A stretch of 64,000 nucleotides of DNA from Clostridia bacterium (GCA_045643205.1 JAZUKI010000005.1:9433-73432), one strand, 5' to 3'; shown: positions 54,408 through 63,655, counted from the first letter of the stretch. Numbers and translations: made by a program. The notes: generated by a model from the sequence alone, not told the origin.

Positions 54408-56090
54408 TTATTTAAATCTTCTTCCGCTTCCTCTACGTTTTGTTTTCTTATCTTTTAATCCGTCTGCGATTTCTTCTTGCATTTCATCTACTTCATATCT
54501 TTTTTTAAGTTCATCAGCCTCGCCATTTAATCTAGCATTTAACATATGTTCTGAAACTGTTCCTTCTGGTAAATCAGTATCATCAAATCCGTTGTAATCT
54601 TCATCAGGATTATATTCTTGATGTAATGTGTTATATCCAGCTCCTCCAAATCTCTTCTCATCATCTTCATCTTGATCATCTAAAAATTCTTCATCTCTAC
54701 TTAGATAATCATAATTTGACTCGCTTGAATCTTCAGTAGTTGGTCCTACTATTCCAATGCTTTCAGTTTCATGTCCTATATCAGCATCAAATCCATTATC
54801 GCCATTAAATAATTTATCATCTTCATCAGTACTATTAACTTTTGCAGAAGTTGTTTTTACTTTTTTCTTTTGAATATGGTTAACTATTAATAACACAATT
54901 AAAGTAAGTACTAATGCACCAATAACTGAAGCTCCAATAATAATTATTAATTTTATGTTTAATCCTCCTGAAGTCTTTGTTTCTTCAACTGCTTTTTCTT
55001 CAACTGCTCCTGCTTTTGTTACTTTAATCATATATGTTGTAGTAATTTTATCATCTTCTTTTGATGTTAATTTAATTAAAATTGTGTTATCACCTGGTTT
55101 TAAATCTGTGTTTCCTGTAATTTCAACATCAATTTTATCTTTAAACTTTTCTTCAATTTCGTATGTAATATTTAATTCTTTTGTAGTTTCATCTACATTC
55201 ATTGTATATTCAAATACATCTGGTTTAAATTCTTCATTAAGCTTTGCTAAAATTTCTTTTTTATCTTCTTCTCTTAGCTTTGTTATACTGAAAGTTTTTA
55301 ATCTTAAATCTGATTGATTAGCTTTGATAACTTTTGCAAATTTAATTCTATATGCTAAAACTTTTCCGTTTTCTGCTGTGCAGTTAACAACGATTTCGTT
55401 TTCGCCTTCTTTAACATCAAATTCTCCAGTTCCTGAAACTTTTGCTTTTGAGTCCATTGCACTAGCTGAAACATTAATAGATGTCAACTCGCTCATATCA
55501 TAATCTTCTGGGAACTCTAATGTGTAATCTTGGTTGTATGCACTAAAGTTTGGTTTTAATGTACCAACACTTGTTGATAATTTATTTAAATGATATTCAC
55601 CACTTTTATCAAATTCCGGAGATTTTTGTGTTGGTTCTACTGTTGTATTTTGTGGAGTATTTCCTGTATTACCATTGTTTTTATCTGGATCTTGATCTGG
55701 TTTTGGTTCTGGCTTAGGATCTTCTTTTTTAGTAGCTGCAATTGTTACTGATTTACTTGTAACTCCTGTAACATCTTCTCCTGCTGAGTCTGACATTCCT
55801 GCTGTTGGAGATACTGTAACAGTTGATGCTTTTGTTGGATCAGCTAAAGTTATTGTAACTGTTTGTGAATTATTTTCAAGCCATACTGATTGTGAACTTG
55901 AAGTACCATTTGATACAGAAATATTTACTCTTCCTGTTAAATCATTTCCTTTTATTGTTACTGTTGTTCCTGATGCAGAAACTGATAAACTACTTGAACT
56001 AGAAGCAAATAGTTTGTTTGGTATTAATAATGTTGTTATTAATACTAAAGAAACAATAATTAATTTTATATTCTTTATTATTTTTTTCAT
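54408..56090 (-). CDS. Exported membrane-anchored protein: N-terminal beta-sandwich, Pro-rich linker, two cadherin-like beta-sandwich repeats, TM, acidic cytoplasmic tail
   Basis: Signal peptide; L.PNFS....Y...V...TAENG....Y.I and F.PDVFEY...GNTDLKPGDN.I.I..TS....Y.I.V repeats; TM near residues 380-405. Confidence 0.75.
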   Translation of the reverse strand: MKKIIKNIKLIIVSLVLITTLLIPNKLFASSSSSLSVSASGTTVTIKGNDLTGRVNISVSNGTSSSQSVWLENNSQTVTITLADPTKASTVTVSPTAGMSDSAGEDVTGVTSKSVTIAATKKEDPKPEPKPDQDPDKNNGNTGNTPQNTTVEPTQKSPEFDKSGEYHLNKLSTSVGTLKPNFSAYNQDYTLEFPEDYDMSELTSINVSASAMDSKAKVSGTGEFDVKEGENEIVVNCTAENGKVLAYRIKFAKVIKANQSDLRLKTFSITKLREEDKKEILAKLNEEFKPDVFEYTMNVDETTKELNITYEIEEKFKDKIDVEITGNTDLKPGDNTILIKLTSKEDDKITTTYMIKVTKAGAVEEKAVEETKTSGGLNIKLIIIIGASVIGALVLTLIVLLIVNHIQKKKVKTTSAKVNSTDEDDKLFNGDNGFDADIGHETESIGIVGPTTEDSSESNYDYLSRDEEFLDDQDEDDEKRFGGAGYNTLHQEYNPDEDYNGFDDTDLPEGTVSEHMLNARLNGEADELKKRYEVDEMQEEIADGLKDKKTKRRGSGRRFK

Positions 56091-56105
56091 TTTTTACCTC
56101 TTAAT

Positions 56106-58238
56106 TTATAAATCTATATTTCCAGTACCCATTATAAAGTTTTTGATTTTTACATAATCAGTAGCTTTAATTTCTCCTGGAGTTGAAATAGATGCAGCTT
56201 TCTTTTGAATATCATTTAATGCATTTACTTCCATAATGTGATTTTTAATTTTTACGTAATCTGTTGCAAAAATTTCTCCATCACCATTTACATCACCTAA
56301 TTTTATTACAGTATAAGTTGTATTGCCAATTGTAACTTTTGTTCCTGTGCCAATTTTTTTACTCTTATCTGTTATTGCTTTTCCTGATGAATCTTTAACA
56401 CTTGCATTTGGATATTTATCTAAAATTTCTTTTAATGTTACATTTGGTTCTACTTTAAATTCTTTATCTGTGTTGTTTAATTCTCCAACTGCTGTTCCTT
56501 GTGATTTTACAAATACAGTTGCTTTCTTTACTACTTCTCCTGTTGCTTTGTTTCCATTTACATCAATTAAGTATGATCTTGCAACATATCCTGTAATACC
56601 TGTACCAGTAATTACTTTATCCCAATAGTATCCATCAATCATTGATGTCGCTATTGATAATCTTGTTAACTTTGTATCATTTGGTAATAATCTAATTACT
56701 TCTCCTGCATATCCTGCTGCTGATCTCATTCTTAAGCAGTCATCTACTTTTACTCTATAAATTGCTGCGTTAGTGTCTAAATATTTTCTTGAAATAAATC
56801 CTTTTGTTCCATCATTCATTATTACCCTGTCCCAAGTAACTCCGTTGTATGTATATCTTCCTGTGTTATCAACTCTTGTTACAATTTGTCCGTTTTGTAA
56901 AGTCTTTAAAACTTTTTCGTTTGTTCCAGGACCTGCTCTTAATGATACATCATTTCCAACTATTGCAACATCTTCATTGCAGTTTGTTACATCTGATGTT
57001 TCTTCCCAAGCTGATGAATCAAATTGAATGTATCCAACTTGACCGTTTGTTAAAATGATTCTATGCCATCCATTATTATCTCTTTGTGTTGATATAACTA
57101 TAGTTTTATCATTTTCTATTTTTGCTACAACACTTGAATTTATATCTGCTGAGGCTCTTACATTCCAGTTTGTATGTCCTGCTTTTAATTTAATATTCTT
57201 TGGTCCGTTTACTGATGTACTGCTTGGTTCTGTTGTTGCATAGTTTGGCATATTTAAGAATACTGGAATAACAAATGTTAATGAGTTGTTTAATATTCCT
57301 GTGTCTTTCAATTTGTTGTACATTGACATTGATTCTGAATGTGGTGCTTCAATATTTTGCATGTATTGATGTGTTAATGTTCCACCTTTTGCTTCAACAT
57401 CAAATTTATTTAAGTACATTGTATCTTGTTTGCAAGATAACCAGTCTGCGAATATTTTATCTATTCCACCTTCAATACTCTTTTGCAATGTATCCCATCC
57501 ATGAGATTTTGCATATGCTAGAGCATTTGAAATTATAGTGCTTGAACTATTTCCTGATGCATTTATGTTGAATACGTTGTAGTATTTTTTTCCATCGCCA
57601 CCATTCATGTTGATGGTTCCGCTTCCTTTCATGCCTTGCTCTTGAATTATTCTCGCAATTATATAGTAAGGATTTGTATTTTTGTTCTTACATGCACTAT
57701 TAATTGCTTTTGCATAATCAATGTTATCTAGGAATGATCCCTTTAATGCAGATAGAATTTGTTCATCTGTAGATTGTGTATATGTTCCTATTTCTAAAAA
57801 TTGAAGTAGGTATCCGTTGTCATATAACCATGGTCTTGGATCCATGTAGTATGCAATTGCTGCGTTTGATGGATGATACCATGAACCATTGTCGAATGTT
57901 TTGTATCCTAGAACTTCATCAATCCATTCACCTGTGTGATAGCTAATTAAAGAGTATGGTGAACTTCCAGAGAATGAAGCTTCAGAAGTAATTGTTTGAC
58001 TCCAATCAAGATCTGTGTACATGATTTTAAATACCCAGTTAGGATGTTCTTTTTTTAATGCATCAATTCTTTCTTTGTATCCTGGATATTTTGCAGAATC
58101 AAATTTGCTTGAATCATATACAGTTCTTGTAGAATCTGCTTCTACAACTTGCATATTAAATAAAACACTAATTGTTGAAAATAAAAGTGTAAATAATATA
58201 ATTACTGTTGTTATCTTATGTGCTTTTTTGTAAAACAT
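56106..58238 (-). CDS. Secreted peptidoglycan hydrolase: glucosaminidase-like domain, 3 SH3b domains, C-terminal dockerin-like module
   Basis: Signal peptide; YYMDPR, ARIIQEQG, YNVFNI, QDTMYLNKF, HQYMQN; three NVR/SLR/RMR...W....GY SH3b repeats; GDVNGDG..ATDYVKIK duplicated; start at ATG 58238 behind GGAGG. Confidence 0.82.
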   Translation of the reverse strand: MFYKKAHKITTVIILFTLLFSTISVLFNMQVVEADSTRTVYDSSKFDSAKYPGYKERIDALKKEHPNWVFKIMYTDLDWSQTITSEASFSGSSPYSLISYHTGEWIDEVLGYKTFDNGSWYHPSNAAIAYYMDPRPWLYDNGYLLQFLEIGTYTQSTDEQILSALKGSFLDNIDYAKAINSACKNKNTNPYYIIARIIQEQGMKGSGTINMNGGDGKKYYNVFNINASGNSSSTIISNALAYAKSHGWDTLQKSIEGGIDKIFADWLSCKQDTMYLNKFDVEAKGGTLTHQYMQNIEAPHSESMSMYNKLKDTGILNNSLTFVIPVFLNMPNYATTEPSSTSVNGPKNIKLKAGHTNWNVRASADINSSVVAKIENDKTIVISTQRDNNGWHRIILTNGQVGYIQFDSSAWEETSDVTNCNEDVAIVGNDVSLRAGPGTNEKVLKTLQNGQIVTRVDNTGRYTYNGVTWDRVIMNDGTKGFISRKYLDTNAAIYRVKVDDCLRMRSAAGYAGEVIRLLPNDTKLTRLSIATSMIDGYYWDKVITGTGITGYVARSYLIDVNGNKATGEVVKKATVFVKSQGTAVGELNNTDKEFKVEPNVTLKEILDKYPNASVKDSSGKAITDKSKKIGTGTKVTIGNTTYTVIKLGDVNGDGEIFATDYVKIKNHIMEVNALNDIQKKAASISTPGEIKATDYVKIKNFIMGTGNIDL

Positions 58239-58462
58239 TTTTCCTCCGTAAAATAATAACAAATTTATCATAATTATTTTAACATTATAATTATTAATAT
58301 TCAAAGTCAAAACCTTTAAAATCGATGAATATATATTAATTTTTTGTAATATTCTTCCATTTTTAGTTTACACAATTTTATGGTTTATTCTTCTTGAGAT
58401 TTTAGTTTACAAAATTTAATATCTTTTAATATTTATTAATATTTTTAGTTTACATAGACAAC

Positions 58463-58495
58463 AAAAAAACTAGTCACTTAATAGTAACTAGTTTT
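58463..58495 (-). terminator. Terminator after the AbrB-like gene
   Basis: AAAAACTAGT/ACTAGTTTTT hairpin. Confidence 0.75.
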
Positions 58496-58532
58496 TATTT
58501 CTCAATTTGTTTTTGACAAATGTTTATATTAT

Positions 58533-58778
58533 TTATTTTAATCTCTTTAATTCTTCTAGGCATTTCTCGCAAACGATTTTTCCCTTGTAATCAACAGTGT
58601 TTTTTGAGTTTCCACAGAAAGTGCAATCTGGTTCATATTTTTTAACTAAAATTGAATTGCCCTCAACGTGAATCTCTAATGGATCGTTTTGAGAAACATT
58701 TAATTTGTTTCTAATTTCCATAGGAATAACAATTCTTCCTAATCCATCAATCTTTCTTATTACGCCAGTAGCTTTCAT
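58533..58778 (-). CDS. AbrB-family transition-state regulator
   Basis: MKATGVIRKIDGLGRIVIP.EIR, C-terminal CxxC...CxxC; start at ATG 58778 behind GGAGG. Confidence 0.93.
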   Translation of the reverse strand: MKATGVIRKIDGLGRIVIPMEIRNKLNVSQNDPLEIHVEGNSILVKKYEPDCTFCGNSKNTVDYKGKIVCEKCLEELKRLK

Positions 58779-58809
58779 ACTAAACCTCCTGCTCTCTAAA
58801 TATACTGAG

Positions 58810-58863
58810 ATTATAACATAATGTTTTTGGTAAATCAAGGAAATTTAGAAAAAAATTGTCGAA
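58810..58863 (-). promoter_or_regulatory. AbrB-like gene promoter with a nearby Spo0A-box-like site
   Basis: TTGATT-N17-TATAAT (58838-58810); TGTCGAA at 58857-58863 on +. Confidence 0.6.
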
Positions 58864-58925
58864 TTTTGCCATTTTTTTTACTAATTTTTTACTGGTATTT
58901 TTTGCATGTTTTATATGTTTTTTGC

Positions 58926-59345
58926 TTATTTTGCTATATCTTCTACAATCTTTTTTAATACATCTTTTACATTTTCATATGTTAACATTTCTAATGCTTC
59001 ATCTATGGTAAACCATTTAATTGCATCAACTTCTCCATGTTGTGGAATTTCTTTGCCATTTAGTTTTCTAGCTAAAAAGTAAATTACTCTTCTATTAACA
59101 TTTTTATTAGTTACATATTCAATTTCATATCTTTTGTTTTCATCAATAAAAACATCTACATTTGTCTCTTCTTTTGTTTCTCTCTTTGCTGTCTCTACTT
59201 CTGTTTCTCCTTCTTCCATATGACCTTTAGGAAATCCCCAGTTACTATTGTTATCATAAATCAATAATACTTTTTCATTTTCGATTATTATAGAGCCACA
59301 TGAAATTTCTATTTTTTGTTCTTGTCTCTTTTCATTTCCTCCCAT
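58926..59345 (-). CDS. NUDIX hydrolase (Ap4A hydrolase-like)
   Basis: WGFPKGHMEEGETEVETAKRETKEET Nudix box. Confidence 0.93.
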   Translation of the reverse strand: MGGNEKRQEQKIEISCGSIIIENEKVLLIYDNNSNWGFPKGHMEEGETEVETAKRETKEETNVDVFIDENKRYEIEYVTNKNVNRRVIYFLARKLNGKEIPQHGEVDAIKWFTIDEALEMLTYENVKDVLKKIVEDIAK

Positions 59346-59456
59346 AATTTTTCTCCTAACTTATTCCTATGATAACACAACAATTTTATTATCTCAACCT
59401 AAAAACATCTATAAAAAAAGAAATTATTTTATTGCTAAAATAATTTCTCTTACTTT

Positions 59457-60353
59457 TTACATTATATTTGTAGTTTCGCTCTTTCTTTTTCTCTTTTTCT
59501 TAGCATTTGGATCTTCTTGTTTTACCGGATGTTCTTCTAGTAATTCGGGTTTTTTCCAATATCTTTCCATTTGTCTAAATGTTGATGCATAATAATAACC
59601 ATCGCAAATTCTTTCATCACCAACAAATGCAATTGATATTGTTTTTGATTGTTTTATTTCTTCATCTTCATAAATGTATGATTTCTTTTTCTTGCCCATT
59701 GCAAAAAATAGTGATGTCGTTCCAAAGTTATATATATGGTGATAAATAGCATCAATTCCAATTGATCCAACATTTGTTATAAATGCACTTGTATGAAATG
59801 GACTAGCTTCAATTATTGCTTTTGGTAATATTCCTCTTTTATCTAAACGTATTAATATCTTTACAACTAATTTAAACAACCAAGTTGGTAATTTATCTAA
59901 GATGTTTGCTGTTTTATCTGTGCTATTTTCTGTTTCAACATTTTTATTATCCGCAATTATTTTTTGAAGTTTTTCAGAAACGTCAAAAACATTTTCGTTT
60001 CCTTTCCAATGAACTTTAATTGTTGTTTCTTCTCCTTCAATTGTTCTGCTTTTCTTGATTGAAAGTGATGTTGTTATTTCGTTTCTAGCATAAGTTCTGC
60101 CATTAATACAGAATCTGTTTAATTGTGGTCTTTCAGAGATTACTCTTATAACAGTTGCAAAAACAACGTCCATTATTCCTATTTTAATGCCTTCTTGTTG
60201 TTTTTTGTTAATATATTCTTCAATTTCTGTTATTGCTATATCTTTTTTGAAAAACACTTGTGAGTCTGATCTCTCTGGCATTATCATTGGTATTACCCTA
60301 AATTCTGGTGGTATGTTTTTTAGTTCTACACCATCACTTCTATGTCCAAACAT
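59457..60353 (-). CDS. Stand-alone 2-oxoacid dehydrogenase E2-like acyltransferase domain protein
   Basis: PQLNR, ITNVGSIG, DERICDG (cf. DHRxxDG); no lipoyl domain. Confidence 0.8.
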   Translation of the reverse strand: MFGHRSDGVELKNIPPEFRVIPMIMPERSDSQVFFKKDIAITEIEEYINKKQQEGIKIGIMDVVFATVIRVISERPQLNRFCINGRTYARNEITTSLSIKKSRTIEGEETTIKVHWKGNENVFDVSEKLQKIIADNKNVETENSTDKTANILDKLPTWLFKLVVKILIRLDKRGILPKAIIEASPFHTSAFITNVGSIGIDAIYHHIYNFGTTSLFFAMGKKKKSYIYEDEEIKQSKTISIAFVGDERICDGYYYASTFRQMERYWKKPELLEEHPVKQEDPNAKKKRKRKSETTNIM

Positions 60354-60378
60354 ATTTTAATTTCCTTTCGATTGTTTC

Positions 60379-61017
60379 CTAAATAAAAATCTCAACATCT
60401 GTAACTCCAACGAGATGTTCTCTAAATGTTTCTCTATCTTCTTCTGAACCTACTACTGTTCCGTAATGAGTTGGAATTGCTTTTTTAGGTTTAATTATTT
60501 TTATTAATTCTGCTGCTTCTCTTGAAGTCATTGTGTATGTTCCTCCTATTGGAACAAATGCTATGTCGCATTTAACTTCTTTAGCTTCTGGTGTAATATC
60601 AGTATCGCCTGCTATGTAGAATTTGTTTTCCTCTATATCAACAATATAGCTTACCCAATTGTATTCTCTTTTATGATAATCTTTTCCAATGTTATATGCT
60701 GGAATAGTTGTAAAGTGAAATTCATCGATATATCCATCAAAAAATGGTTCTACACTAAGTATTCTTTCTTCACTAATTCCCATTTCTTGTATTGATTCTT
60801 TTAAATCTGTTGTACAAACAAATTTAGTATTTTCATTCATAATTTTTCTAATATCATCTGGAGAAAAGTGGTCATAATGAGGATGTGTTATAAAAATAAT
60901 GTCTGCATCCTTTGGTTGAAACTCATTTTCTAACTCAAATGGATCAAAATAAATTGTTTTTTCATTTACTTTGATCATAATTGCATTTTGTGTAAATAAA
61001 TCTATAGTTTTTAGCAT
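60379..61017 (-). CDS. MBL-fold metallo-hydrolase
   Basis: THPHYDH, AGDT, PIGGTYTM, PTHY. Confidence 0.9.
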   Translation of the reverse strand: MLKTIDLFTQNAIMIKVNEKTIYFDPFELENEFQPKDADIIFITHPHYDHFSPDDIRKIMNENTKFVCTTDLKESIQEMGISEERILSVEPFFDGYIDEFHFTTIPAYNIGKDYHKREYNWVSYIVDIEENKFYIAGDTDITPEAKEVKCDIAFVPIGGTYTMTSREAAELIKIIKPKKAIPTHYGTVVGSEEDRETFREHLVGVTDVEIFI

Positions 61018-61236
61018 TTATTTCTCCTTTCGGTTTGTCTCACATGTTGTATGTAACTCACGCATTAATTATAACATATCAATTTTATGATGTAAAATAA
61101 AAAAATAAATGTAAGTACATATTTTGTGCTTACATTTATTTTTATCAATTCATTATATACATAAAATTATCTAAATAACTGCATGATTTTGTTTAATCTT
61201 TAATTAAAATGTTCAATTTTTTAATTGGTCAATTTT

Positions 61237-61482
61237 TTATTTAAAAATTAATTTAACCAGTGCTGTCAAAATAATAGCACCTATAGCTCCGTTTATAATT
61301 GCTCCTGGAATACCAGAAAGAATTTCAATTGGAATTAATCCAAATACGAATTTTCCTACAACTCCTCCTAATAATCCTACAATAATATTAGTTATTAAGC
61401 CTCTCTTGCTACCCATTACAATTCCTGAAAGATAACCAGAAGCAGCTCCAATAATAATACTAATAATAACTTCTAGAACCAT
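61237..61482 (-). CDS. GlsB/YeaQ/YmgE (transglycosylase-associated) family small membrane protein
   Basis: 81 aa, three Gly-rich hydrophobic segments, NIIVGLLGGVVG. Confidence 0.8.
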   Translation of the reverse strand: MVLEVIISIIIGAASGYLSGIVMGSKRGLITNIIVGLLGGVVGKFVFGLIPIEILSGIPGAIINGAIGAIILTALVKLIFK

Positions 61483-61504
61483 ATTTTTTCTCCCATTTTA
61501 CAAT

Positions 61505-61678
61505 TTATTTATTAATTGCTTGCATTGGGCATCCTGCTGCACATGCTCCACATTCGATGCATTTTGATTCATCGATTACGTATTTTCCATCTTCTCCCAT
61601 TGTTGGTGCTTGAACTGGGCAAACTGCTGCGCATGCTCCACAAGCTATACATTTTTCCTTATCTACATTATATGCCAT
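61505..61678 (-). CDS. 2[4Fe-4S] ferredoxin (absent from ORF track)
   Basis: MAYNVDKEKCIACGACAAVCPVQA...CIECGACAAGCPMQAINK: two CxxCxxCxxxCP motifs; RBS AGGAGG. Confidence 0.96.
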   Translation of the reverse strand: MAYNVDKEKCIACGACAAVCPVQAPTMGEDGKYVIDESKCIECGACAAGCPMQAINK

Positions 61679-61822
61679 AATTATTTCCTCCTAAAATTTC
61701 ACTTTAATAATTTTATCATTTTTAAAATTTTTTTCAATATTTTATTTAACTTTTATAATTTTAATTTTTATTATTGGTTTTAATATTTAATTTGTTTTTT
61801 ATTATTTGTTTTAATATTTAAT

Positions 61823-62488
61823 TTATTTTTTATTATTTGTAGATTTCTTTTTGTTTTTCATTACTGTAAATACTGCTATGAATCCTCCAATAATACCACC
61901 TACTATACCACCAATAAGGCCAGGTGATACTTTTCCACCTTCACTATTTTTAGATATTTCAGGATCTTTTAAATCGTATTTTCCTTCATAATCTGTAATT
62001 TTAAAACTATTAACTAAATTTTTATATTTGTCTAAATCAGCTGTTTCATATTTATATGTAGTTATTGTAATAACGTAATTATATTTACCTGAATATGCTA
62101 AATATTGTCTAAAGTATATTGTTTTTTCTCCATGTTTTGCATGTGATTCTAAATAAACACATCTATAATTATTTTGAGTAAAAGTTTGCACTTCTGACTT
62201 ATCTATCTCAAATTCATTTTCTACTAGTTGACTTTTTAAACCTATTTTTTGTTTTTCAATTTCTTCTGCAGTGTAGTAATCTTTGCCTTCAATTGCCTTG
62301 TTCATTTGAATATTAATATATCCATCTTTATCTGTAGAAGTTAGTGATAATGCATCATTTAAACTTTCTTGTTTGAAACCTTCACCTACATCTACTTCAT
62401 AAAATTCATTTGAAAATGCATATGTTGAAACACTTAAAAATATCATTGTTATTATTAAAACTGCTACTGAAACTATTTTCTTTTTCAT
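61823..62488 (-). CDS. Exported protein with C-terminal membrane anchor
   Basis: Signal peptide; C-terminal Gly-rich TM followed by basic tail; middle region weakly PsbP/DcrB-like. Confidence 0.65.
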   Translation of the reverse strand: MKKKIVSVAVLIITMIFLSVSTYAFSNEFYEVDVGEGFKQESLNDALSLTSTDKDGYINIQMNKAIEGKDYYTAEEIEKQKIGLKSQLVENEFEIDKSEVQTFTQNNYRCVYLESHAKHGEKTIYFRQYLAYSGKYNYVITITTYKYETADLDKYKNLVNSFKITDYEGKYDLKDPEISKNSEGGKVSPGLIGGIVGGIIGGFIAVFTVMKNKKKSTNNKK

Positions 62489-62548
62489 ATTCTCTCCTTT
62501 TAATTTAATCTTATCTATTTTATCATTAAAACTTTTATAAATAAAGTT

Positions 62549-63046
62549 TTAGTCAAAGTAAGTACTAACTTCTTGAAGATTATCAAATTCTGTTTGTCTT
62601 AATATTTCATATGTAATTACACATACAGAATTTGAAAGATTTAAGCATCTTAATGTTGGTCTCATTGGAATTCTAATACATTTATCCATGTATTTTTGAA
62701 GTAAATCTTCTGGAAGACCTTTTGTTTCTTTTCCATATAAAACAAAAACTTCATCATATTTTGTATAATCTATATCTGTGTATGATTGTTTTGACTTTGA
62801 AGAAGCCATAAACATAGCATTTTCTTCAGGTTTATACTTATTTAAAAAATCTTCTAATGAACTATGTTCTTCTATTTCTAACTTGTCCCAATAATCAAGA
62901 CCTGCGCGCTTTAAATATTTATCATTAATTGTAAAACCCATTGGATGTACTAAATGCAATTTAGCTCCAGTTGCTGCACATGTACGTACTACATTGCCTG
63001 TATTTTGTGGTATTTCAGGTTCAACCATTACTATATTTATTTTCAT
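62549..63046 (-). CDS. trmL: tRNA (cytidine/uridine-34 2'-O)-methyltransferase
   Basis: EPEIPQNTGN, RAGLDYW, GKETKGLP, RCLNLSN SPOUT motifs. Confidence 0.95.
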   Translation of the reverse strand: MKINIVMVEPEIPQNTGNVVRTCAATGAKLHLVHPMGFTINDKYLKRAGLDYWDKLEIEEHSSLEDFLNKYKPEENAMFMASSKSKQSYTDIDYTKYDEVFVLYGKETKGLPEDLLQKYMDKCIRIPMRPTLRCLNLSNSVCVITYEILRQTEFDNLQEVSTYFD

Positions 63047-63139
63047 ATTTACCTCATTTCAACATAATCTATTATACCATAAATAAAATAAATTTAAACA
63101 AATAAAATATATTAGATTATAAATAAATCAATTTAAACC

Positions 63140-63170
63140 AAAAGAAAAGAAGTTATGAGTCCATAACTTC
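63140..63170 (-). terminator. Terminator after the 109-aa gene
   Basis: GAAGTTATG/CATAACTTC hairpin followed by TTTTCTTTT on minus strand. Confidence 0.8.
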
Positions 63171-63176
63171 CTTCTT

Positions 63177-63589
63177 ACACTTTGCACTTTAATATTTATT
63201 AATTTTCTTTTTCTGCAGCAATGACATCATCAAAATTAACAATACCATTGTTTAAATCATCAACGAGTTTTTCAACCCGTTTTTGAGTTAATTTTTCGTA
63301 CTCAGGATGATTTTTTCTAAAATACCTACGTGGATCTGCCGCTCTATTCAATTCACCATCTTTATATTCAAAAATAGCAACTTGCATAGGCTTTGTAAGT
63401 ACGAAATATCCATTTTTTTCAAGCGTTATCTTATATCCATACTGCTTGGCATATTTCTCTATCTCTTTACGTTTACCTTGTTTTTCTCTTGTCTCAGAAG
63501 GACAAATAGAATAATCATATTTAAGCATATTTATATTCCTCCATTAACTTAATATTATTAAGTATATCCAATGAGAAAGTGCAAAGTGT
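63177..63589. repeat. Perfect 14-bp inverted repeat pair flanking the 109-aa ORF
   Basis: ACACTTTGCACTTT (63177-63190) and AAAGTGCAAAGTGT (63576-63589). Confidence 0.88.
63199..63528 (-). CDS. Hypothetical protein
   Basis: 109 aa, strong RBS GGAGG, own promoter and terminator. Confidence 0.8.
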   Translation of the reverse strand: MLKYDYSICPSETREKQGKRKEIEKYAKQYGYKITLEKNGYFVLTKPMQVAIFEYKDGELNRAADPRRYFRKNHPEYEKLTQKRVEKLVDDLNNGIVNFDDVIAAEKEN

Positions 63590-63626
63590 TTGATATATGT
63601 GTTTACAATATCATTTTACATTTTAC

Positions 63627-63655
63627 ATTTTACCATATATTGACATTATTTTCAA
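63627..63655 (-). promoter_or_regulatory. sigmaA-type promoter of the 109-aa gene
   Basis: TTGAAA-N17-TAAAAT with extended -10 TG. Confidence 0.65.

Noticed and set aside
58361-58454. Possible degenerate CRISPR (repeat-spacer-repeat)
   Set aside because: Repeat is only 12 bp with three copies, spacers are low-complexity, and no cas genes are present
63177-63589. IS element or MITE interpretation of the IR-flanked segment
   Set aside because: The enclosed ORF shows no transposase motif, no target-site duplication is evident, and there is no second copy in the window; kept only as an inversion or RNA-structure hypothesis
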